A stretch of 64,000 bases of DNA, taken from assembly GCF_006345805.1 (NCBI RefSeq), contig NC_042999.1, positions 13,702,001 to 13,766,000 of the forward strand, in the 5' to 3' direction. The notes under the pieces were generated by a model. That model had not been told where the DNA came from. It did no database searches and saw nothing but the letters and a program-made list of their open reading frames with translations. Source of the DNA: Octopus sinensis (lineage: Eukaryota). The position numbers were made by a program, and so were the translations under genes. Below are positions 50,910 to 62,770 of the stretch, one piece after another (the first letter of the stretch is position 1; each line of letters starts with the position of its first letter).

Positions 50910-51340
50910 TCATCGTTTAATGTCTGCTTTCCATGCTAGCAGGGGTTGGATGATTTTCACTGAGGGCTGGCAAACCAGATGGCTGCACCAGGCTCCAATC
51001 TGATCTGGCAGAGTTTCTACAGCTGGATGCCTTTCTTAATGCCAACCACTCCGAGAGTGTAGTGGGTGCTTTTACATGCCACCGGCACAAGGGCCGGTTA
51101 GGTGGTACTGGCAACGACCTCGCTCGAATCCTTTTACACATGCCACCAGCACAGGTGCCAGTAAGGCGACTTTGGTAACGATCACGCTCGAATGGTGCCC
51201 TTTTACGTGCCAATGGCACGGAAGCCAGTTGGCTGCTCTGGCTATGATCACGCTCGGATGGTGCTCTGGGCACCCTACTAGCACGGGCACAAGTGCCAGT
51301 AAGGTGACACTAGTAATGATCATACTCGAATGGTGCCCTT
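50910..51340 (-). mobile_element. SINE family D with internal array
   Basis: catcatcatcgtttaatgtctgctttccatgctagc...gtgccaccggcac-type units. Confidence 0.9.
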
Positions 51341-51460
51341 TAACCCTTTAGTATTCAAACCGGCCATATCCGGCCAAAATAGTTAATCTGTTTTATGTTC
51401 AAACTGACCAGATCCAGGCTCTCACACCTACCCTACAATGTTATTCTACATTAAGTAATT
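51340..51460 (+). mobile_element. piggyBac-like MITE, left half only
   Basis: TTAA|CCCTTTAG terminus; truncated where the second 97-bp repeat begins. Confidence 0.6.
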
Positions 51461-51557
51461 ACACACATACAGTGAGCTTTTTTCACTTTCCATCTATTAA
51501 ACCCACTCACAATGCTTTGGTCAGCCCAGGGCTGTATTAGAAGACACTTGTCCAAGG
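51461..51557 (+). repeat. 97-bp direct repeat, copy 2
   Basis: Identical to 47149-47245. Confidence 0.9.
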
Positions 51558-52017
51558 TACCATGTTGGAGCACAGTTCGATTTGTTTTGTAATGCTAATA
51601 AGCAGGAATTGAGACCCACCTCGTTGTAATTAACAATGGATAAATTTGTCTTCTGTGAGTATATAATCCCTCATCATATCTATGGAAATTCATATGGATT
51701 AGGTCACCTTCTCTGTGATGCTATCAAAACTTTTTTAAAATTCTGTGATAGACTGTACATCATCTTTAAAGAACTTTATGAACTTTAGAAATCTGTTTAA
51801 TTATCTACATTACTTTCATGAGTATAGCCTCAAACACTAGGATGTCTAGAGAACTTACATGTATTTTAGCTGATGAGTACGGGACTCGTTTATATGCTGT
51901 AATCTTTGCAACTTTTAATAAAACCTGTCCTTGTATGAAACGATCGTACTAAAAACCTATCCATTCTTGTTGCTTTCTTTCTCGCGTATATATATATATA
52001 TATATATATATAAAGAA

Positions 52018-52052
<35 letters not shown>

Positions 52053-52660
52053 AACACTATATATATATTATATATATATATAAAGAACACTATATATATA
52101 TATAAGAACACTATAATATATATATATATATTATATATATATCAAGAAACACTATATATATATATATATAAAGAACACTATTTCCTTCTATAAACTATTT
52201 AACTGTTCAACATAAATATATAGGGAAAAAAATAAAAACCAAAAACAACAAAAAGTATTTTGAAAAATAATGGAAAGAAAAAATCTCGGAAACTAACTAA
52301 ATGGTAAAAAAAAACAAAAACCAAAGAAAATTAAAACCAAAAAAAAAAAAACGAAAAAGATCTGGAATGAATTTGTTTGAAATACTACTGAATTAGCTAC
52401 ATGTTATGACTACAAGATCTTAAGGCAAGGTAGCAACAAGCATAGGCTAGTTCTAGCATTCACAGAATCAGCCAAAGTAAACAAGCTCATTGACAATGGT
52501 ACTGAAACAGCTTTTCTTATCAGAAACACCATTTAGCTAAATAATTTTAATTACATTCACAGCACCAGCAACCTTACTGTATCACTGTCTCAAATGACAT
52601 CTCTTTCTCTTTCTCTCTCTCTCTATTTCTATATATATATATATATCTTTAATGAAGAAG

Positions 52661-52700
<40 letters not shown>

Positions 52701-53414
52701 TATATGAATATTGTTTTATAAAAAATATTATAAGAGGGAAATGTTTAAGTAGCAACTAATTTGTTGACAAAGAATGGCCAGAGCAAGAGGTTTGATAATG
52801 TTACAAAGGATATTGACCAGAGTCAAAGAATCAACTGACCAGTAAAATAAACACTTTGGTTTGGAATTTGATTTTCATTTATCTTATTTGTTTCAGTCAT
52901 TAGATTGTGGCCCAAGCTGGGGCACTGCCTCAAAGAATTTTTAGTTGAACAAATCCACCCCAGATCCTATATCTATTTTTTATTTGTTTTGTTTTGTAAG
53001 CCTGGTATTTATTACATCGGTCTCTTTTGCCAAACTAGTTAGGGGACGTAAACAAACCAGCATTGGTTGTTAAGCAGTGGTGGGAGACAAACACAGAAAC
53101 AAAGTCAAACACACACACACACACACACACACACCTATATGTGATGGGCTTCTTTCAGTTTCCATCTATCAAATCCACTCAGAAGCCAAGGCTATAGTAG
53201 GAGACACCTGCCCAAGGTTCCATGCAGTGAGATTGAACCCAGAACCATATGGTTGGGAAGCAAAGTTTTTACCACACCACCATGCCTTTTAACTTTTATT
53301 TGTTCAAATCATTAGACTGCGACCATGCCCAGAGCACTGCCTTGAAGGTTTTAATCAAAGAAATCAATTACATCACTTATACATTATTTACATTTGATGG
53401 ATATTTGTCCTCAT

Positions 53415-53458
53415 AACAACTTTTCAGCTGATATACCCTCCAGCCTTCATCAGGTGTC
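53415..53458 (-). ncRNA. Decayed hammerhead motif (inverted copy)
   Basis: Minus strand GACAC-CTGATGA-a-GGCTG-gagggtatat-CAGCT-GAAAA-GTT-GT. Confidence 0.55.
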
Positions 53459-53604
53459 TTGGGGAAATTTCGAACCTGGGTTCCCATTCCTAAGGTATAA
53501 GAGGGCAATGTTAAGTAGCAACTAATTTGATGACAAGAAAATGGACAGACCAAGAGGTTTGGTAATGTTACAAAGGATACTGACCAGGTTCGAAATTTCC
53601 TCAA

Positions 53605-53650
53605 GACACCTGATGAAGGCTGGAGGGTATATCAGCCGAAACATTGTGTT
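53605..53650 (+). ncRNA. Minimal type I hammerhead ribozyme motif, probably decayed
   Basis: GACAC-CTGATGA-a-GGCTG-gagggtatat-CAGCC-GAAAC-ATT-GTGTT: intact CUGAUGA and GAAA core, 5-bp stem II, 5-bp stem I (one G-U). Stem III reads AACATT instead of palindromic AACGTT. Confidence 0.7.
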
Positions 53651-55210
53651 AACAACAAACAAGATGAGGACAAATATCCATCAAATGTAAATGATGTAAA
53701 TAATGTACATAATTCCTCATTTCTTAAATATAGAACTGTACATCACTTATCTTTTTAAACCTGGTATCTATTCAATCAGAAAGGTGGTGAGCTGGGAGAA
53801 ACGTTAGCACGCTGGGTGAAATGCTTAGCGGTATTCGTCTGTCGTTACGTTCTGAGTTCAAATTCTGCCGAGGTCAACTTTGCCTTTCATCCTTTCGGGA
53901 TCGATAAATTAAGTGCCAGTTACGCACTGGGGTCGATGTAATCGATTTAATCCCTTTTTCTGTCCTTATTTGTCCCCTCTATGTTTAGCCCCTTGTGGGC
54001 AATAAAGAAATAAAAAATATTCAATCAGTCTCCTTTGCTGAACTGTTAAGTTACATGGATTTAAACAAATCAACACCAGTCTCCAAGTAATGTATGCCTG
54101 CCATTAGTTATGCCTATCTGTTGAGTCAGAGTGATGTGATTGCTCTGCACAAACCCATCCAGTGTCTGAACATAGCTAGCTTTGGATTTATGTTGAACAC
54201 CTGCTCTCAGACATGGGACAGGTCCTACTATTAGCCGAGTCAATGATAAATACTACTCCACCACTTCTTTTGGCCTGGAAGGATAAATAATTTGTCTTGC
54301 AAGGTACTTGGTGACCTTGTCAGTGCTGGTGCCATGTAAAAAGTACCTGGTAAACTCTGGAAAGTGGTCGCCGTTTGGAGGGTATCCAACTATAGAAACC
54401 ATGCCAAAACAGACAAATAGAACCCACTGCAGCTCCTAGCCTTACAAGCTTCGGTCAAACTAGCCAACCCATGCCAGCATGGAAAACAGGTGTTAAATGA
54501 TGATGATGATGGTAGCCATGACAAAAGAGATTGTGTGGGGGCTCGACAGCTCATCAACTTTTACAAGTTTCAATTCAAAAGCAAATTGAGGGCAGAGAGG
54601 GAAGTGCTACTTCCCAGACGATTCATTGAAAGATGGATGATCTGAGTAAAGGGCCCATTCTGAGCATACACTTTTAGATGTGGAGGAGAACAACATAGAG
54701 AAGGCATTTGCTTCACTAGTCAGGTGAATGTGCTATGCAGGGCTTTCAACGGTAGCCCTCAGAAGTCTCCCCAACACCTACTGGGGAATTTTTTTCATTA
54801 AAATTCTATTTCACCAGGTTTACTTTCGTTCATTCTTAAACCTTGCTCTGTTTTCTGTGACCTTGTCCTTGTCATGTTCTCGTTGTGAGAGTCCTGGTGA
54901 CTTAGAAGGTTATGTCCAGGTCAACTTTGGCTTTCATACTTTTGGGGTTCATAAATTAGGTACCAGTGAAACCCAGGGGTTGATGTAATCAACTAGCCAC
55001 CTCCCTCAAAATTTCAGACTTTGTGCCAAATTTTGAAACCATTATTATTATTATTAATGAAAGGCAAAGGCAACCTCGGTGGAATTTGAACTCAGAACGT
55101 AAGGATGGACGAAATGCTACTAAGCATTTTATCAGGCATGCTAACAATTATGCCAGTTCACTGCCTTAATAATAATAATAATAATAACAATAATAATAAT
55201 AATAATAATA

Positions 55211-55592
55211 GGCACAGGAGTGGCTGTGTGGTAAGTAGCTTGCTAACCAACCACAGTGGCATCTTGGGCAAGTGTCTTCTGCTATAGCCCGGGCCCAACC
55301 AAAGCCTTGTGAGTGGATTTGGTAGACGGAAACTGAAAGAAGCCTGTCGTATATATATATATGTATGTGTGTGTGTGTTTGTGTGTCTGTGTTTGTCCCC
55401 CTAGCATTGCTTGACAACTGATGCTGGTGTGTTTACGTCCCCGTCACTTAGCGGTTCGGCAAAAAGAGAGACCAATAGAATAAGTACTGGGCTGACAAAG
55501 AATAAGTCCCGGGGTCGATTTGCTCGACTAAAAGGCGGTGCTCCAGCATGGCCGCAGTCAAATGACTGAAACAAGTAAAAGAGTAAAAGAGA

Positions 55593-55594
<2 letters not shown>
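55211..55594 (+). mobile_element. SINE family A, near full length
   Basis: ggcacaggagtggctgtgtggtaagtagcttgc...gagtaaaagagagt; B-box region deleted. Confidence 0.9.
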
Positions 55595-55625
<31 letters not shown>

Positions 55626-56617
55626 TAATAATAATAATAATAATTCAATAATTTTTGAAAAGAATGTAGTCTGTGTTGCATTTAGTGCTAATAACTATAG
55701 GCATCTTTGTAAAAGCTTGATAAACACACACCATATGTCCTGTGTCATATGTTTATAGAGAATATCACAAACACAGCTACAGTATGCAAGAGAGACTGTC
55801 TGGCAAAGAACCAAATTTAGAAATTTTATGAGTCTGGCGATGGAAAACTTAAATCGTTTATCATTCTGAAATCAATAAATAATTATTTCATTCTTTGGCA
55901 CAAGGTCTATTTGTAAGAAATTCCTCTAATTTTGTTTGTTTGTTTTTATTAAAAGCTCAGTATTTATTTAAAGCAAAAATAACTGTGGCAAGAATTTGAA
56001 ATTTGAAATTCTTACTATATGCCAGTATTATATTTACCATAAATGCTAGAGGACCTACCAACCACATTAACCATTTTGATACCAACCTGCCGGAACCAGA
56101 CCCTCATTTTATGATACAAACTCCCTGTTTTAGAATTATTGATATTAAAATTTTCCACCAAAGCTTCATGAGTGCAGGTGTGGCCATGTGGTAAGAAGTT
56201 TGCTTCCCAACCACATGGCTCCAGGTTCACTCCCACCGCATGGCACATGTGCAGGTATCTTCTACTATAGTATCTAGCCAACCAGAGCCTTTTGGATGGA
56301 TTTCGTAGATGGAAACTGAAAGAAGCCCATCGTGTGTATTTGTGCCTGTGTTTGTCCCCACCCCCACCACTTGTCAACCAGTGTTAGTGTGTTTACATCC
56401 CCATAGCTTAGCAGTTCAGCAAAAGAGCCCAACCAATAGAAGAAGTGCCAGGCTTAAAAAGAAAATAGGTTCCAGGGTTGATTAGTTCAATAAAAATTCT
56501 TCAATGCCATGCCCCAGCATGGCCACAGTCTAATGACTGTGTGGTGCCTTGGACAAGTGTCTTGTACTCTAGCCTTGGTCCAACCTAAGCCTTGTGAATG
56601 GATTTGGCAGGCAGAAA

Positions 56618-56743
56618 CTGCCGGAGCCACATGGAGCTTAGGTTTTTCGCTCATAAACACACACATCACCTGGTCAGAGATTTGAACCCGTGATCCCTCG
56701 ACCAAGAGTCCGCTGCTCTAACCACTAGGCCATGTGCCTCCAC
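56618..56743 (-). mobile_element. SINE family B head
   Basis: Minus strand gtggaggcacatggcctagtggttagagcagcggactc...gggttcaaatctc. Confidence 0.8.
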
Positions 56744-56809
56744 TAATGAAAGGAGCAGAGCAAGCATAACATTGACATTGACACAGAATCAATTTACATT
56801 TTTCCTTCA

Positions 56810-57040
56810 TAACAGCAGGGAGAAAAATAAATAAACGCAGGAACCTGATCAGCCACAATCAATTTATGCCAGTTGCTATTGAGACCTCAGGTATTCCCAA
56901 CTATCAATTTCCACTGCAAAAGTGAGATAACAGCAGCCTATTTGAGAAATGATTCTCATGAGATGGAGTGGCAGCTGCAGTGAGTGTCACTAGCAATTCT
57001 CCACAGCAACACCATTACGGTCAAGACTGCGGGGATGCAG
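56810..57040 (+). mobile_element. Restriction-like-endonuclease C-terminus of an early-branching non-LTR element (CRE-like), decayed
   Basis: AGRKINKRRNLISHNQFMPVAIETSG followed by EWQLQ*VSLAILHSNTITV resembles K..KY..L.....F.P.A.ET.G ... QR.S.A..RGNA. Confidence 0.55.
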
Positions 57041-58489
57041 CTGTGCATACCATTTCTTCTGGGATTTGTGGCCCATTTGCCACCCTCCCCCCATTTACTG
57101 CTTAACCCTTGCCCTTTTCTATTTTCCCCTTTTTACCATTCTTTTCTTTTTCTGTTTCTTTGTATTTAAATGCCATAATCTAAAACGTGATCAGTTGGTT
57201 GAAAAACGTTTTTAACTATTCACTGATAAACAAGAATGCGCTAAGAGGACTGACTCATCCCATTGGTCAAATACTTGGCACTGGCCAAGCTCAGTTAGAA
57301 CAATTGTGATGCTGATGATGCCTAATGATCCAGAAATGTGTGTCCAAAACTGTTCTTATATCTCCAAGTCAGTAAACCTATCCTTTTACTGAATGGTATG
57401 ACAGTTTTGGCAGAAACGTTAGCACGCCGGGTAAAATGCGTAGCCGAATTTCGTCTGCCGTTACGTTCTGAGTTCAAATTCCGCCGAGGTCGACTTTGCC
57501 TTTCATCCTTTCGGGGTCAATAAATTAAGTACCAGTTACGCACTGGGGTCGATATAATCAACTTAATCCCTTTGTCTGTCCTTGTTTGTCCTCTCAGTGT
57601 TTAGCCCCTTGTGGGTAGTAATGAAACAGGTATGAGAGTTTTGGAGAATTCTTGATTCCCCCATCCTCAAGTAGCACTAGTTTTAATTGCCATAAGGTAA
57701 TTAAGATATATCCCCTAGACGTCATCATCATCATCATCATCATCATTTAACATTGGTTTTCCGTGCTGGCATGGGTTGGACAGTTTGAGAGGTGTTGGCA
57801 AGCCAGAGGGCTGCACCAGGCTCCAGTCAGTTGTTTTGGTATAGTTTCTACAGCTGGATGCCCTTCCTAATGCCAACCACTTTACAAAGTGTACAGGGTG
57901 TCTTTCACATGGCACCAGCACAGGCGCGTTTTATAGATAATTTTAATAAATCAAGAATTTATGCAGTATTATATACCTATATTTGTCTTAATTTACTTAT
58001 ACATGGAATAGTCTAAGGAATAGTCCATTTTTAAGTTACTTTATTTTTGGTGAATAATTGCGAATCTTATTGAAATAGGAATAAGGAATTTGCTGGTTCA
58101 ATCTGGAACATGGCATCAACCTTCATACCACACATTCAAAAGAATGTATGGTATGAAGTTTGTTGTTGTTATTCCCTACTACCAACTTGGTTGACCTAAA
58201 ACAGATTCTATTCCGTGTTCATAGTTTAAAAGTTAGCAATACGAAGAGCATCTGGAAAATTAAAATAAAAAATAAAATATATAAAAAGGAAAAAAAAAAT
58301 TCTCATTATTCCGAGCATGAAAAAAAAAATACAAAACAATCAAATTAATATTTTTACTAGATTATAAAGGAGACATTACATAGTCACTTGACAAGCTAGA
58401 AATAGCAGCCAACCCCATCCCACCACAAATAATACAATATTACATAAGCATTTTATAATGTTTCTTTCTTTTGTGGGAACTCGCTGCAT

Positions 58490-58551
58490 ACTGGCAGCTG
58501 ATGGCTCGCGGACCGGCATCGGTCTGCGGACCACCACTTTGAGTAGCACTG
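58490..58551 (-). mobile_element. Isolated hAT-Charlie terminal fragment
   Basis: Minus strand CAGTGCTACTCAAAGTGGTGGTCCGCAGACCG; no partner end found. Confidence 0.6.
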
Positions 58552-58792
58552 CTGTGGATATAGCTGAGAAAAAGTGATGGGAGTCTGTGAGAAGCTAATT
58601 TACGATAGACATAATCTATGATCATAGAGTTATTCCATAGTGCTCCAAATAATTTGGTAATTAGACTGCTAACTCATAGGGTCAGGAGCTCATAGAAGGG
58701 TCTTTTGTTTTTTGGGGTTTTTTTGCATATTTCAGCAGCATGCAATTACATGTGGCTCAGTTCACCAAACTGTCAGGAATGGATCAGCCTAC

Positions 58793-59180
58793 CAGGAGTG
58801 GCTGTGTGGTAAGTAGCTTGCTTACAAACCACATGGTTCTAGGTTCAGTCCCACTGCATGGCACCTTAGGCAAGTGTCTTCTACTATAGCCTCAGGCCGA
58901 CCCAAACCTTGTGAGTGGATTTGGTAGACGGAAACTGAAAGAAGCCCGTTGTATATATATATGTATGTATGTGTGTTTGTGTGTCTGTGTTTGTTCCCCC
59001 AACATCACTTGACAACCGATGCTGGTGTGTTAACATCCCCGTAACTTAGCGGTTCAGCACAAGAGACCGATAGAATAAGTACTAGGCTTACAAAGAATAA
59101 TTCCTGGGGTCGATTTGCATGACTAAAGGCAGTGCTCCAGCATGGCCACAGTCAAATGACTGAAACAAGTAAAAGAGTAA
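58793..59180 (+). mobile_element. SINE family A, full length
   Basis: Canonical head and 3' half. Confidence 0.9.
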
Positions 59181-59246
59181 TGTTATGAGAAATAAAATGG
59201 TATCCTACCCAAGAGAAAGAGAGAGAGACAGACAGACATCTTTCAT

Positions 59247-59432
59247 TTAACCCTTTTGTTACTAAATTTCTGTTTGTTTCAACTAATTTTAAAAATAACA
59301 AATAATTTTGTAAAATAACTGTTGTTAATTAAGCTGGTATAGGGGATGTAAATTAACATGAAGGTTTTAATGTAGATTACTTTAAAACAAGAAGCTTGTA
59401 CCATGGAACCATGTATGGCATCAAAAGGTTAA
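59247..59432. mobile_element. piggyBac-like MITE, second subfamily
   Basis: TTAA|CCCTTTTGTTAC ... GGCATCAAAAGG|TTAA. Confidence 0.65.
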
Positions 59433-59860
59433 ATGAGAGATGAGGTTGTGTCCTCCTTCTCTGTTCCTATTCTGGATAGGACACCCTTTTATTTCTCATA
59501 ACAATACTAAATGATCTGGCAAGCTGATTCATTCGTCAGTCAGGTGGACTGAGCCACATACAATTAAAATCAGTGTGAAGTTCTGGGTCTTACAACTTCC
59601 ATAAGAACTCAGTTGACATTGAGATATATTTTTAAATGAGGATAATATATATTTCTTTATTTCTAAACATAGAGGGGACAAACAAGGACAGACAAAGGGA
59701 TTAAGTCGATTATATCGACCCCAGTGATTGACTGGTACTTATTTAATCGACTCCGAAAGGATGAAAGGAAAAGTCGACCTCGGCGGAATTTGAACTCAGA
59801 ACGTAAAGGCAGACGAAATACCGCTAGGGTTTTCGCCCGGCGTGCTAACATTTCTGCCAG

Positions 59861-60142
59861 ATGAATGCTATTGGCTATGACATCATGAAAGTTAGAAAAA
59901 AATCCAACCAATCGATGAACGCTATTGGCTGAGATCATGAAAGTCAGGAGAAATTTCCAACAAATCGATGAATGCTATTGGCTATGATATCATGAAAGTC
60001 AGAGAAAAATCCAACCAATCAATGAATGCTATTGGCTATGATATCATGAAAGTCAGAGAAAAATCCAACCAATCAATGAATGCTATTGGCTACAAAGCTA
60101 AAAATCTGAGGAAATTTCCAACCAATCAATGAATGCTATTGA
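59861..60142. repeat. Minisatellite, about 5.3 copies of a 53-54-bp unit
   Basis: atgaatgctattggctatgatatcatgaaagtcagagaaaaatccaaccaatc(a/g) with starts at 59861, 59915, 59968, 60022, 60076 and 60129. Confidence 0.9.
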
Positions 60143-60202
60143 CCACAACATTGTGAAACCAATCACATGACTAAGGCTGTTAGTGAATGGTATCCACTTA
60201 AT

Positions 60203-60625
60203 CAAAGGCGACGAGCTGGCAGAAACATTAGCATGCTTGGCGAAATGCTTTGCGGTATTTCGTCTGCCGCTACATTCTGAGTTCAAATTCCGCTGAGGTC
60301 GACTTTGCCTTTCATCCTTTCGGGGTCGATAAATTAAGTACCAGTTACGCACTGGGGTCGATATAATCGACTTAATCCGTCTGTCTGTCCTTGCTTGTCT
60401 CCTCTGTATTTAACCCCTTGTGGGTAGTAAAGAAATAGGTATTTCATCTGCCATTACATTCTGAGTTCAAATTCCCCCGAGGTCGACTTTGCTTTTCATC
60501 CTTTCGGGGTCGATAAATTAAGTACCAGTTACGCACTGGGGTCAATATAATTGACTTAATCCATCTGTCTCTCCTTGTTTGTCTCCTCTGTGTTTAGCCC
60601 CTTGTGGATAGTAAAGAAATAGGTA
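60203..60625 (+). mobile_element. SINE family C head-to-tail dimer
   Basis: Full unit, then a second unit beginning gtatttcatctgcc directly after aagaaatag. Confidence 0.9.
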
Positions 60626-61279
60626 TCCACTTAATCTACTGCTAGCTCACTCCCTGGCAACTGGCTGTGTTTTTGTTTCTGATGTAACAAGCCAGCCAAG
60701 TGATTCTTCAGCCAACAAAATCCAGAATAATTTTATAAGTGAAAACATAAATAATCAGATATATATGTTGCATTAAGATAAGTAAATTAAATTAGCAAGT
60801 GAAGTCCCAAGCAAAACAATGGCTTATCTTTTATTAGTTTTTATTAAGACAGGAATCTTAGCTGTCCAAATCTTTACACCAAGTAAGGACTAGTGTTACT
60901 ATTTATACAGCCTTAGTGAGATTAGTAGCTAATTTAGGCCTAAGATTTTAAGCTAAAAACCAAGAGACATACATCGAACAAGAATACTGTAAAACAAGTA
61001 ATTAGAAGCTCTTACATGTTTGCCAAATTCCAAATGACAAGAACTAATAATGTAATAACAACTATTATGAAATGAAAACTAATTAGGTGAAATAGACAAA
61101 CTATTTTGCCAGATGAGTTTTGATTTAATGAGCTAATTAATTCATTATTATCTGCAAAATTAAAATTTTTGCTTCCTCCATCCAGAATTGTGTATGTGTG
61201 TTGGTGTATGAGCATGCACATACATAAGCGTAGATGTTTATATATATGCCACAAATAATATGAATAAGGTAATAGAGTG

Positions 61280-61412
<133 letters not shown>

Positions 61413-61674
61413 ATATATGTATGTTATATGTGTGCTCCCTTTTGTAAGATTTGCTAGATATGCAGATATGTTCATGAACACACAAGTTTTGTGACATAAG
61501 TTTTAGAACTAAGTAAGCCAAATCTGCCCCTAGCTTTAAATTTCCGGTTATAGCAGTTTCACTGAGTTTCCTATCATCTTTGGAAAAAACATGAGTTCTC
61601 TTTTCTTCCCGTTCAGGAAACAATAAAAGAAATGACTTACTGATAACATCAACTGTAAAAATTGAAGAAATTCA

Positions 61675-61940
61675 TCATCATCATCATCATTTAAAGTCTG
61701 CTTTCCATGCTAGCATGGGTTGGATGATTTGACTGAGGTCTGGTGAACCAGATGGCTGCACCAGGCTCCAATCTGATCTGGCAGAGTTTGTACAGCTGGA
61801 TGTCTTTCCTAATGCCAACCACTCTGAGAGTGTAGTGGGTGCTTTTATGTGCCACTGACACAAGGGCCAGTCAGGCGGTACTGGCAATGGCCACACTCAA
61901 ATGGTGCTTTTTATATGCCACCTGCACAGGAGCCAGTCCT
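61675..61940 (-). mobile_element. SINE family D
   Basis: (CAT)n tail and conserved core. Confidence 0.85.
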
Positions 61941-62519
61941 GAAATTAACTCTGCTTATTCTAAAAACAATAGTGACAGCAACAGTATCAATGCCAAAAGG
62001 TAATTGTGATCAACTTAACATAAAATTCTGTTATTTACCTTGAGAGCATCTCTCATAAGGACTTGTGGTGCATAAAGGCACTCGCTTTTATATCACTGAC
62101 AGATGAGAATTGTATGCTACAGCCACCAAAACTGCCGGGGTCACGTGATTTCACCCTGCTGTGGGTTCCTCAGAGACAGACATCCAGCAGTGCAATAACA
62201 GCTGAATCTCCTGCCAACAACATATAGAATCTCAGTGTCTATGCAGGCACCTGTTTTTCTATTGTTCATAATCTATGTCAATTACAGGTTACTGTTCTTT
62301 ATTTTATCAACCTCAGAAGGATAAAAGTAAAGTCAAACAGCATAGAATTTGAATTCAGCGCATAGGAGTGTAAGGATGATAATTCATTAAAACTTAATTA
62401 TTTTTCATGTAACAAACCCATCAAGAAGCTTTTAGATTACAACAACATGAAGTTTTACATAAATAACTGTAAATTATTTCTGTAAATTATTCCTGTATTT
62501 AGTTAGCAATATCATCATC

Positions 62520-62770
62520 ATGCCGGTGGCACGTAAAAAGCACCATCCGATCGTGGCCATTGCCAGCCTCCACTGGTTCCTGTGCCGGTGGCACGAAAAA
62601 AGCACCCACTACACTCACGGAGTGGTTGGTATTAGGAAGGGCATCCAGCTGTAGAAACACTGCCAGATCAGACTGGAGCCTGGCGAAGCCTCCTGGCTTC
62701 CCAGACCTCAGTCGTACTGTCCAACCCATGCTAGCATGGAAAACAGACGTTAAACGATGATGATGATGAA
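62520..62770 (+). mobile_element. SINE family D
   Basis: tgccggtggcacgtaaaaagcacc x2, core, tail gttaaacgatgatgatgatg. Confidence 0.9.

Larger units (their letters stand above)
53382..53738. mobile_element. Penelope-like insertion: inverted pseudo-LTR pieces with a 12-bp TSD
   Basis: TACATCACTTAT at 53370-53381 and 53739-53750; 53382-53480 is inverted relative to 53584-53707; both arms carry a hammerhead-like motif. Confidence 0.85.

Noticed and set aside
51856-51921. Possible 66-bp minus-strand exon VLLKVAKITAYKRVPYSSAKIH with a gtaag donor
   Set aside because: Weak acceptor without a polypyrimidine tract; no family resemblance.
62035-62250. Possible minus-strand exon with an aag|gtaaat donor
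   Set aside because: All three frames contain stops shortly upstream; at most a UTR exon, unsupported.
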